A stretch of 63,705 nt of DNA, the filler included, from Polymyxa betae A26-41 (lineage: Eukaryota > Protista > Endomyxa: Phytomyxea), in the NCBI GenBank assembly GCA_003693705.1. It is 8 parts of 8 records of this genome, joined end to end, with 100 filler letters (N's around TTAATTAATTAA, not from the genome) between each part and the next. Parts side by side here need not be neighbours in the genome. Positions count along the whole stretch, not along the records: positions 1 to 20,995 come from RBZT01000110.1; positions 21,096 to 31,875 come from RBZT01000372.1; 6 more parts are not named here. The stretch is one strand, 5' to 3'. Position numbers and translations under genes: made by a program. The notes beneath the pieces were generated by a model. The model had not been told where the DNA came from and did no database searches. It saw only the letters and a list, made by a program, of their open reading frames with translations. Shown here in pieces: positions 18,819 to 29,129 of this stretch; within the stretch, counting starts at the first letter, position 1; every line of letters begins with the position of its first letter.

Positions 18819-19640
18819 TTAACCAGCATGAGATAATATATTTGCGATCTGTTCACGAAGCAATTGTTTCGGACAGAATTTAACTACATACTGACTCGGG
18901 CTCGGTTGTCGAACTCCAGGCCTTTCAGTTCCACAAGTAAATGTAGAAGCTTGATCATCATAAGCATAGCTATATGCAAGAGGACAAGCATTCTTGAAAA
19001 TCTTGGAGTATTGGGACGGCTGACATGTTGTAGGATTATCATATCGTCCTTTACAGCAGAACTGGTCGTTTCCAAATACATTACAGGCACTGTTGCAGGC
19101 CACAGTTTCACCAAATTTGTTCTTTTTCGCTAGTTCTTTAGGGCAATCTAGATTTAAATCGCGATCGCATCCTGCTCTGATGCATGAATATCCGGTTGGG
19201 TTGCCGTCAGCAGGTATTGGTTCCATCGACATTTGCAGATTGTATCCGTCCACCAAGCTAATATCATAGAAGTCGAGGTCGCCGGCTGTCCCATCACCAA
19301 ATGTTATTTCAGCTAAAGTAGTAGGAGTTGCTCCTCCTTGACCGCCACATTTCCCATTTCCACAATCACCGGTTTCACATGATCTTCCATACTGATCACA
19401 GCCTGTTCGGCCCCAGAATCGACCACTCCATGATTTCGTGAAGAATAACACTTTCATGCGATTGGACTGGAGTTCAAAGCCGCCATCTTCTGGCAAGCTC
19501 GGGCCACCGGTAATGCCGACCCAGATTGTTTCAGGGCAGTGATTTTCGAAACGGATGCTGTGTCCAGTTGACACTGGTTTTGAATTGGATTCGTGTATGA
19601 GACTGGATAGTGCAAGTATAGTGACGATAAAATTGATCAT
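18819..19640 (-). CDS. Secreted thaumatin-like protein (PR-5 family), intronless
   Basis: Signal peptide MINFIVTILALSSLIHES; WSGRFWGRTGC, TLAE, DFYDISLVDGYN, CPLAYSYAYDD; Cys-rich. Confidence 0.95.
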   Translation of the reverse strand: MINFIVTILALSSLIHESNSKPVSTGHSIRFENHCPETIWVGITGGPSLPEDGGFELQSNRMKVLFFTKSWSGRFWGRTGCDQYGRSCETGDCGNGKCGGQGGATPTTLAEITFGDGTAGDLDFYDISLVDGYNLQMSMEPIPADGNPTGYSCIRAGCDRDLNLDCPKELAKKNKFGETVACNSACNVFGNDQFCCKGRYDNPTTCQPSQYSKIFKNACPLAYSYAYDDQASTFTCGTERPGVRQPSPSQYVVKFCPKQLLREQIANILSHAG

Positions 19641-20240
19641 AATTGGAGACTGGCAAAGTCAGAGAGACTCCTCAACAATCCTATCTATCTAGTTCTATCT
19701 GCTGACAGTCAATAGGACAGTGTCAGTTGCAACAACTTTATCGATTTATGAATATGATCTATTTATATTATCTCAACAGCTAACTCGATATTTCCACTTC
19801 ATAACATTTCAATACTGGCCTCTTAGCAACCAACTTCAACGGCGCCTCTTAGTTTGAAATTTGCTTAAAATCACAGCTTATTAGAAGTATTATTCAGTCC
19901 TTTCTGACTTTCATTTGATTGCTTCCATGATGAATAAATTGGATCTACCAAAATCTTCAAAGAGCAGACCAAATTGGAAATTCGCTTTATTTACTGCTAG
20001 AAACCCGTTGACAGATTTGCAGCAAGAAAGCAAAGCGTCACGAATTAATAAATAGGACGTTGGTGGAAATGACATGTTTCAATCCAAAAATTATGAATTA
20101 CAAGATATATCACGACAATGCTGAAATTGGATTTGACAGAATGCTGAATTCACTTCATATTGGGGAATATTGGGGATCACAAATAATACTGAAATCATCT
20201 CGGCCATTTGCTATTGAAAGATCTCTGCTTAATTGGTTTA

Positions 20241-20995
20241 ATGCATTATTGTCTGGGTCGTGTTTCGTCTGATTTCTTCAGAACCTCAGCCATAGCTTTC
20301 TCTAGAGGCAATCCAGAATGGCAGTTCATTGCAGATCCTGCTCCTGGCTATCTCACCATGACAAGGTCAAACAATAGCACAGACGACGAGCTCGTAGGCC
20401 GATATCCTAAATGAACTCATCATATGTGACAATGTTGAAGGCCATTAACTTCTCTCAATATACTGTCAATATATGTTGGGATGAGACTTACAGCTCTCCT
20501 GTTGTTTATTTCATAACTGGTAAATATTCACTATATTCTGAACATTCATTCACAAGTTAAATAATGATCATTCAGAATCGGATTACAGCCCTATGGAGGT
20601 TGAGAAACACATCTCGCCACTGCTCACTCAGTGCCAACATCCATTTTTAAATCGACTCTGCTTCTTTCTACATCCTTGTAAAACTTCGCAAATGTGGTTT
20701 CTAATATCTGCAGTCCATATCTTGCTTATTATCTTTAGGATTCATTCAATTTTAGCCTGTCGTGACAGTCATGACAATCAAACTATCACATCTACACTTC
20801 TTGAAGAACCTGGTATTTATATGACTTGCTTCATCTCTATTATTTATTGTGATCCAAATACATCGTCCATTCTGCAATATATACGACACGGGCATTACTG
20901 TTCTCTCCACGAGGCCATTCATTTGATACATTACATCAATCAGATTTCAACGATGACAGGCCCGGCGATCTTGATTCGTCGAAATCCTGAGCAAA
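20241..20995 (+). CDS. ATG10: Autophagy E2-like enzyme ATG10, multi-exon, 3' end not seen before the spacer
   Basis: Exons give ..W......GYL, ICWDETYSSPVVYF and QHPFLNRLCFFLHPCKT (catalytic HPC at 20671-20679). Confidence 0.75.
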
Positions 20996-21095
20996 NNNNN
21001 NNNNNNNNNNNNNNNNNNNNNNNNNNNNNNNNNNNNNNNTTAATTAATTAANNNNNNNNNNNNNNNNNNNNNNNNNNNNNNNNNNNNNNNNNNNN
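20996..21095. other. Artificial contig spacer (44N-TTAATTAATTAA-44N); also at 31876-31975, 39571-39670, 49593-49692, 53497-53596, 57494-57593 and 62093-62192
   Basis: Identical 100-bp spacer with six-frame stop linker, repeated 7 times. Confidence 0.99.
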
Positions 21096-21623
21096 TATAT
21101 TGAATTTATTTTATCTATTTTTTTTATTCATTATAGTTGATTACATCAAGATTGATCACAGGACGGGAGGAAAATGCCCGGTTAATGCCATCACCGAAAA
21201 CTTCTATTACAACGAAATAAACATACTGCTCGAGTGTGATTCATTTCAACCAAGAGGGTGTTTCAAGTAGATTATTACCATAAAATTATAGAGATCTCAA
21301 GAGAGTTTCGTCAAAATCAAGAATGATACAGTATAATCGAGATAACAAATTGGACAGCTTTTAATCCGCATGAGAGGATCGAATCACTCACGGACGGCTT
21401 TGTCGCAAATTTCCTCGCATGAAACACGGGGACGTTAGACGCATACAAAATACATGCCAAAACGATATACTGGATACAATCCAATGGGGAGAATTGGCTA
21501 CGGAGGAAATAAGTGGAAGCACAATGTTATCCAGGGTATAAGAAATTGCGACTCAAAACTTGCAATAGCAAAAAGGAGTTTATCAGAATAGTGCCTGATA
21601 GCATCAACACGTTCTTCAATATA

Positions 21624-22980
21624 TTACACAGACCTGGGATCATCCAATATGTTCGCGATTTCCGAACCTTCAACAGCATAAGAACGGGCAGTACGGCCAT
21701 AATCGTCGGTAATGTTCAAATGAAACAGTCCCTCAATTGACAGCAGCTCACGAAGGGCGGCGGCATTGCCGACCTGTACGGCTTTGTGCAGAACCGGGCA
21801 ATCTCTGATAGAGGCGAGACCGTGGAGCACACCGTGCCAGAACGGCGTCTGCAGCAGAGCGCGTAAGAGGCCGTGCTGGCCCTCGATGTCGATCAACTCC
21901 AGTATGATTGCGTGGATCGCCCACGCGTTCACAATTTGGAAGTTCTCGCACTTCATGATGGCGGTGATCGCGTCGAAACGTTCCTTCTGGATCAGGAGTT
22001 TAATGTGCCTTGACAGCGCATAGTCCGCCCCAGTAACGAAAGGCAAAATAGGCTGCAATTCGACGAACGTGATCTCGGTGAGGTTCAATTCCGGCAGATA
22101 AAAGGGAACCCCGAGAAAGAAGAAGTTCTTGATGAGATTTAGGCGTGATCGAAATGATGGATCTGCAATAAACCTGGAAACGTATCCTTGTGCAAGAAAG
22201 CGACGACCAATATGTATATGTTCTAATCGTCCCGGAAGATCAGCTAGAATCTCGTTGCTCTGAAAATTGTTAAACAATCTGGATCTCTTGGAGAATACTG
22301 TCAGGAATACTGGCCGAGGGCGTCAAGCCGACCCCCTCAGGAACCAGCTTCACGATATTGTCCAGAGCCTCTCTTACTGCGTGTTCATCTGTGGACAAAC
22401 GGTCCGACACGGAGAAAGATACGACCCAACCTGGAATTAATCTGCCAACTGATGGAATTCGTGCGATTCCGCTCTTAGTGAATAGGTCCAGCACGGCGTC
22501 CGGTGAATAAAGCGCTGCTGCCTGGAGACGACTCAAGAAGTGAGCGGCCGTTTCGTCTGTAAAAATGTCGGACAAGACGTCGGCGGGACACGGGAACAGC
22601 TGGCGACATGTGTGTAAGAAGTCGGCGCACGACGACGGCCTTCGGATTTCGTGCCGCCACACATCGGGAACCCGGCCCCGGACATATTCGTAGCTTCTTT
22701 TGTTGATCTGGGCGATATTTAAAGCCAGTTCATAACCGAACTCGGCGTTATCAATGATCAGATCAAGCTCAAGATCATGTTCGCGCTCATCAGACGACAC
22801 GATCGACGTGGCCAGTACGACGGGTGGTGTGATGACAGAGTCGACTGCAGCGCCGAGACCATAAACCGTCTCGATCTTGACCTCACCCTCAGGGATACGG
22901 CCTTGACTGGGTTCGGTGTTGTTCGTGGTGGCGGATGCCGTCACGGACATGAGAGCAGTGATCACAATAGCAATATTCAT
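21624..22980 (-). pseudogene. Secreted ankyrin-repeat protein paralog, frameshifted near 22270
   Basis: Colinear with 26152-27498; 7 nt (ATTGTTT) replace 9 nt (CAACATATC) after EIQ, splitting it into ORFs 22270-22980 and 21624-22277; signal peptide and C-terminal ankyrin LHKAVQVGNAAALRELL..D.YGRTARSYA. Confidence 0.8.
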
Positions 22981-24959
22981 GATCTTGACTATACCAGATG
23001 ATTGAAGTTATGACGTGATGTTGAGGTTGGCTCCAACCCAAACCCCTCCAACCCCAAGACTCCGTCACGGACTTGCCACCTATCGGGGAGCGTCTTTAAC
23101 CGGAATATTTTCCTAGACGCGCGCAGTTCGTTCATATCGACTATCGTCACTGTCGTAATTCCTCTTAGGGTCTCTCTCTCTCTTGCTCCTTCACTGTATA
23201 TTGTCTTACAAAGCAGTCCTATTGGAATGCCGAGATGGCTGCGATCGCTCTTCCGCTCTGAGGCTGCGGTATCAACCCCTGGGTCTGGAAGACATTGTGC
23301 CTGTATGCGAATTTCCGCTTTCTGGTGATGACGTTGATAGGGCATTTTCCGACAATGAACTGGATAAAAACTCGATCTTTAACAATGAATTCGATTTGCA
23401 AAATGATGGAAACTGGGATGAATTGTGCAACGATACTGAATCTGATCATGCCGGTGATGACACCGTACTCCTTTTACAGGATGGAGAATATCATTGTGAG
23501 GCCGAGACCTCCCCAACTCCTTTAACATCTAAGGACGCTGTTACCGATTTATACCTTTATGAATGGTCCTCATTTTCTGCATTCTTCCAGCATTTCGTTG
23601 ATTTAGCAAAGGATGACGGTACTATGATTGGAAGATGGACAATGACAACGTTTCTTTGGAAAATGAATAATTTTTATTGAAAATGAATAAGTATTTTTTA
23701 TGGACAACGAAAATTGAAAAATTGTTATGGAAAATGTATTGGAAAATGAATAGAATTTCAAAGAACATCAGTTCAAAAATGCCTTTGGATCTGATGTCGA
23801 TTTCAAACCGATTCCCAGTTACGGGTATCTTTGCATAGTTAATTCCAAGCTTGCTATACGATGTAATCCAAACTGAGGGTCCGTGTCCAATCGTAAATCG
23901 CCATGTCAATGGACGATCCGCTTCTTGTTCGACAACGAGAAACGGAAATACATGTTGACGGTTTAAGGTGGCCGCCACCATACGTTTTTTTTCGTCTCAC
24001 TCGAAAAATAGTGCGTGGAAGCCGAGGATGGGATTGTTTCCCCCTTTTTATGGTTCTGTACAGTAGAGGCGCGAAATCTACGTCTATGTGGCTGTGCTTC
24101 AAAACAACAATATTCAAGTTTCAACCAGGTCATCACTAGCTCACTACCTTCCCCCTCTATGATTTTTTTCCAATTTCTACAATCCTCCACAACCTTCAAC
24201 TTCACAACGACGCTCTTTAATCAACTCTCTGCCCGTCTGTATTGTCTAATGCAGTGGCCTGCATATCAATGATTCCTGTCGGGTCTTGGGAATGTTTTTG
24301 CCTTTCAATGTTATTGTACAGTTAATTTTTCTATCCGCGGCAAATGAAAAAATTAACTGTTTATTGTACCGACGTGCTGAGATTTGTAAGAAATCTGCAA
24401 ACACGATCAACCTGGGATCGGCCAAATCAGTGCAAGTATCATGTTCTGCTTCGTTCCGCGACGACTGAAAAAGTGCAGAATACATTCTGTTCCCTCCTTG
24501 TGCTCGTGCTTGGACAGGATTCGAAAAAGCGTCAAAGTTTAAACGCGATTCTGCAAGCGGTAATAATCTACAATATGAATGATCTGAGAAAGTATCCGTT
24601 AAAGGCAAGTTCCAGAATAGCGTGAGGTTCCAATCAATGTTGGTTGCTGCAGGGCTTCCACAATGTCTGATTATCACTGTTCTCGATATCGTAGACTCGT
24701 GTTAGCTAAATACATGCTACAATTGTGTTCTATTAACCTCAATGCTTTTGAAAAGTTGAAAGCATGACCAAAACCGAAGGGCTGAAGGCATGAAATCAAT
24801 TCGTGGCATTGTATCAAGCAGGTTGAAAGACTGCAACCAATTTTAGGAGTGAAGACGGCAGTGCTTTGCACCAGAAGAACTTTCATAACGTAATGCCTTG
24901 AAGATTTGTCCTCCCAGAATTTGAGGTACGTCCTGTCGTTGTGCTTTAGGTTTGTCCCA

Positions 24960-25560
24960 TACAAAGCATTACTCTGCCGTAGTATTAGATCGAGTCCCAG
25001 ACGAGCAAACATTGCTGTGCCGCAGAACGAGCTTTGAATAATCTGGCTCTCATACAAGCACACACTACTCTGTCGTAGTATTGGATTTAGATAGTGTGGC
25101 TTCAATATAGAAAACGTTACTCTAAACTACCGCATAAATTGAGATGCGGTTGGCTCGCATACAAACCACATTACTCTGTATCTAAAAAGCTGGTGATCAT
25201 CTGCGACAAGTTACGCACGATCTTGTATGAAATGCGCGAAATAAATGATCAGACTCCAAAAGAAGCACGCATTACTCTGTCGTAGTATTACATTTAGATG
25301 ATGCGACTTAAATATAGGCAAATACTACTACAGATGATCTGACTCCAATAGAAGCAAGCATACTCTGTCGCAGTACTAAAATGAGATCATTTGGTTCCCG
25401 TGACAGCAAACATTAATCTGAGTGGATCTCTTTCAAGCAAATCTTACACTATCGTTGTAATAGATTTTTATGATATGACTCCAATACAGAAAACATATCT
25501 CTGTAGTAGTATTAAATTTAGCTGATCTGGCTCTCATAAAAACAAACATTACTTTGACGT
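24960..25560. repeat. Degenerate ~53-bp minisatellite, about 12 units
   Basis: Recurrent CATTACTCTGTCGTAGTATTAGATTTAGATGATCTGACTCCAATACAAGCAAA-like unit; core positions mostly spaced 52-54 bp (e.g. 25066, 25118, 25172; 25273, 25326; 25445, 25498, 25550). Confidence 0.8.
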
Positions 25561-26151
25561 CGTACCGTAGGCGGAAAGGTTTTTGAAACAGGACAGATTT
25601 GCGATTCGCTTACTTTTCAGCCAGGCTGACGCACTTTTTGAGTCGCGCAATTTTGTTCGCTGTCGGCTCGCACAAACCTGTGCGAGAGACATTTTCCCAT
25701 CTGTAAATTTTCATCGATTAATTATGGGGACTCATGGCTCCCAGATCCGCAGATGGAGGCAGCTGGAAGCAGATCGAGATGCCATCGGCTCTATGAAACC
25801 AAAGAATACAGAGGCGGTCATTGACTTGCATTTTACGGACATTAATCCCCAATAACCGCTGATGAGGAAACTTTTAACTAACTTTACGGACTTTTCGAAA
25901 CCAAATTGAATCCCTATAATCACGCAGTTTCGGCCCTAAATGGGACCCCTGGGGCCGATTTGGCCCTTCCAGGTCAATCTGACCCCAGTCATGTCAGGGT
26001 TTGCCCCTGACACTGCGTCAGTCAGAGTTCGGACTCCGCAAGTCCCGAACGACCCAGTCAGAGTCTCGACGAGTCCTTGGGGACAGAATTCATCAGAATC
26101 TACCTGAGATCTTGTAATATCAGATCACTGAATATTTACATTACAGCGATC

Positions 26152-27498
26152 ATGAATATTTTCATTGTGATGGCTGCTCTCATGTCCGTGGCGGCATCCG
26201 CCACCAAGAACGACACCGAACCCAGGTATGGTCGCTTCCCTGCCGTTGAAGTGAACATAGAAACTGGTTCTGGCCTCGTCGCAGCAGTCGATTCTGTCAT
26301 CTCTGCCCCCATCGTACTGGCCCCGTCGATCGGGTCGCCTGATGAGCCCGAACATTATCTGGAGCTTGATCTGATCATTGCGCACGCAGAGTTCGGCCTG
26401 AATCTGTACTGGAGGTTCGCCCAGGTCAACAAAAGAAGCTACGAACATGTCCGTGGTCGGATTCCCGATGTGTGGCGGCACGAAATCCGAATGCCGTCGT
26501 CGGCCGCCGACTTCCTGCAGACATTGAGGCAGCTGTTCGCGCTTCCGGCCGTTGTTCTCTCCGACATTTTCACAGACGAAGTCGCTGCTCTCTTCTTGAG
26601 TCGTTTCCAGATGGCAGCGCTTTATTCACCGGACGCCGTGCTGGATCTATTCACTAAGAGCGGAATCGGACGGATTCCATCAGTTGGGGGATTGATTCCG
26701 GGTTGGGTCGTATCTATCGCAGTATCGGAACTTTTGCACACAGGTGAAATCTCCCAAAGAGAGACTTTGGGCAATATCATGAAGCTGGTTCCTGAGGGGG
26801 ACGGCTTGAGTCCCTCGGCCAGTATTCCTGAGAAAATTCTCCAAGAAATCCAGCAACATATCAACAATTCTCGGAGCAACGAGATTCTAGCTGATCTTCC
26901 GGGACGATTTGGAGAAATTGATTTTGGTCATCGCTTACATACAGGAGAATGCGTTTCCAATTTTATTGCAGAACCATTATTTCGATCACGCCTAAATCTC
27001 GTCAAAGACTTCTACTTTCTCGGGGTTCCCTTTTTTCTGCAGGTATTAGACCTCTTCGAGATCAAGATCTTCGAATTGCTGCGTATCTTGCCTTTCGTTA
27101 CTGGGGCGGCCCATGCGCTGGCATGGGACATTAAGGTCCTGATCCGGATGGGACGTTTCGACGTGATCACCGCCATCATTAAGTGCGAGAACTTCCGATT
27201 TGGGGACGAGTTGTGTATCCACCAAATCATACTGGCGCTGATTGACTCCGAGGGCCAGCACGGCCTCTTACGGGCACTGCTGCAGACGCCGTTCCGGGAC
27301 GGTGTGCTCCAGGATGCCGCCTCTATCACATATCCCGACCTGATTCTGCACAAAGCCGTACGGGCCCGCAATGCCGCCGCCGTTCATGAGCTGCTGTCAG
27401 TTAACGGACTGATTAATTTGAACCTTCTCGACAATTTTGACCTCACTGCCCGTTCTTATGCTGTTGAAGGTTCGGAGATCGCGATCTTATTGGGCTGA
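26152..27498 (+). CDS. Secreted ankyrin-repeat protein, 448 aa, intronless (candidate effector)
   Basis: Signal peptide MNIFIVMAALMSVAASA; Leu-rich helical body; C-terminal ankyrin LHKAVRARNAAAVHELLSVNGLINLNLLDNFDLTARSYA; uninterrupted ORF. Confidence 0.85.
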   Translation: MNIFIVMAALMSVAASATKNDTEPRYGRFPAVEVNIETGSGLVAAVDSVISAPIVLAPSIGSPDEPEHYLELDLIIAHAEFGLNLYWRFAQVNKRSYEHVRGRIPDVWRHEIRMPSSAADFLQTLRQLFALPAVVLSDIFTDEVAALFLSRFQMAALYSPDAVLDLFTKSGIGRIPSVGGLIPGWVVSIAVSELLHTGEISQRETLGNIMKLVPEGDGLSPSASIPEKILQEIQQHINNSRSNEILADLPGRFGEIDFGHRLHTGECVSNFIAEPLFRSRLNLVKDFYFLGVPFFLQVLDLFEIKIFELLRILPFVTGAAHALAWDIKVLIRMGRFDVITAIIKCENFRFGDELCIHQIILALIDSEGQHGLLRALLQTPFRDGVLQDAASITYPDLILHKAVRARNAAAVHELLSVNGLINLNLLDNFDLTARSYAVEGSEIAILLG

Positions 27499-27915
27499 GC
27501 TCTGTGTATTATATTGAAGAATGTGGTGATGCTCTGTAAATAAACTTTCCCGGATAAAGTTCTATTGTTTTCAATTGCAAAGTTTTGAGTATGCTCATGC
27601 GAGGTTTCTCCAATGTCAACAAATAGCAATAGCCGCAATACCTAATCCCCTGGATATTTGCGACATTCTGCTGTGCTTCCTCACAGATTGTAATCTACAC
27701 CTTCTTTTTAACATTATTTGAACAGCATGTTATGGGCTTATCCTTGTATCATAACACTAGAGAGCGCCCTGTAAATATTAAAAATGGATTGATAATTTCG
27801 ATTATCGAATGGGAGGCCGCTTCGTGAGTCCAACGACTTCAATGCTCGATACATTTGACCCGTTTAATGAAGGGGAGAATCTTCTGTTCATTTGTCTGTT
27901 TTCGTCACGAGACAG

Positions 27916-28688
27916 TTTTGCGGCTGGTTTTAAAGTTTCATCATTTAATCATTGGTGTTTAAAGGTTTCTTTTATATCGGCTGATATCGCGGTCATGAAT
28001 CAACTATCTATCAATTCCTGGACCAGGCTCTTAACATTGCCAACCTGTTGCTGTTATAAACGGTACGTAACCTCCCTATAGGTTGCGCCAGTCTTAAGAG
28101 TCCCAACCTGGGTGCAGCCTCCATTCACTGGTAATCCTTGTATGTCCTTTATCTCATGGTGAGCAGGTCAGCGTCGGGCGTCCGTCATTCGCTCGGCATT
28201 ATCCATCAACAGACCGGCCGGCAGTCAGCAGCTGTTGTCATGGTAGTTTGTTTTCATACTCTGGAGAGCGGTGGGCCCAGCGCCTCGAACCAGGCCCCCG
28301 GACCCTAGTCACCCTACATCCCCCGGAGTAGACGACAATAGATCAATGAATGCATCATTTGTTTTCGAATGGCGGATGATGGTGTCAGAGATTGTAGAGT
28401 TTACTGCGTTCGAATTCTCGAATCCAGGTCAAATTTTCCGAATCTTCCTACTTCGCACTTCTGACAGACTTTTACTTCCCTTCGCTCGGACGGCCTTTCG
28501 TTCTCAGGAATTTGTCTTGTACAAAAAGTGCTATCTTCAATTCATTGTGTGTTTTCGTATTGGAGCCATTTTTGAGGCGGGTTTTGAATTTCTATCATTT
28601 AATCATTGGTGTTTAATGGTTTCTGTATCGGAAGATATAGCGGACATGTTTCGATTTTCTACCAGTTCCATGACCAGGTTAGTAACAT
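27916..28688. repeat. Diverged direct duplication of ~120 bp (27916-28037 and 28570-28688)
   Basis: Shared ATCATTTAATCATTGGTGTTTAA core with similar flanks; degenerate coding-like remnant on the minus strand. Confidence 0.65.
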
Positions 28689-29129
28689 GGGATCGGGCAC
28701 GTGTATGGCCTGTTTGTACTCATTGTATTTATGGGTATTGCGATTCTGATATCTGTATGTATTTTCGTGTTTTCTGTGAGGTAACCATTTATAATATGAT
28801 TTTCTGCAACTCTGCTCTGCAAATCATTACTGTTTAGGACTGAATGGATGCCAGGTTCTGATGTCCGCAAGTCAATGTCAATCACATTGTGGATCTTGCT
28901 CAAGGCAGACAGGAGGATTATTATATTGATTCCGTTTATCAGGCAGCACTGCAGAATGGACAGATTATCTAGCAGTTTGCGGAAATCGAATTGCTTTCGG
29001 AAAAAATCAGTCATATTTCCTATTCTTTCGGTTTGATGATTTCTCCATTCTGAGCTCCCTCTGTGCTTGTTGAATGGAATCAAAAATGAAGAAAAAAATT
29101 AGCGAATTGACAAACGATCCCGAGCGGTA

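Noticed and set aside
21040-21051. Repeated TTAATTAATTAA palindrome within N-runs, and ORFs ending in X..LIN
   Set aside because: Artificial six-frame-stop spacer, not biological
24960-25560. CRISPR-like periodic array
   Set aside because: Whole units are homologous (no unique spacers), eukaryotic context, no cas genes
28269-28330. GC-rich segment with a GGTTCGA B-box-like motif on the minus strand (tRNA/SINE/ribozyme?)
   Set aside because: No cloverleaf or HDV-like fold could be completed by eye; single copy in the window
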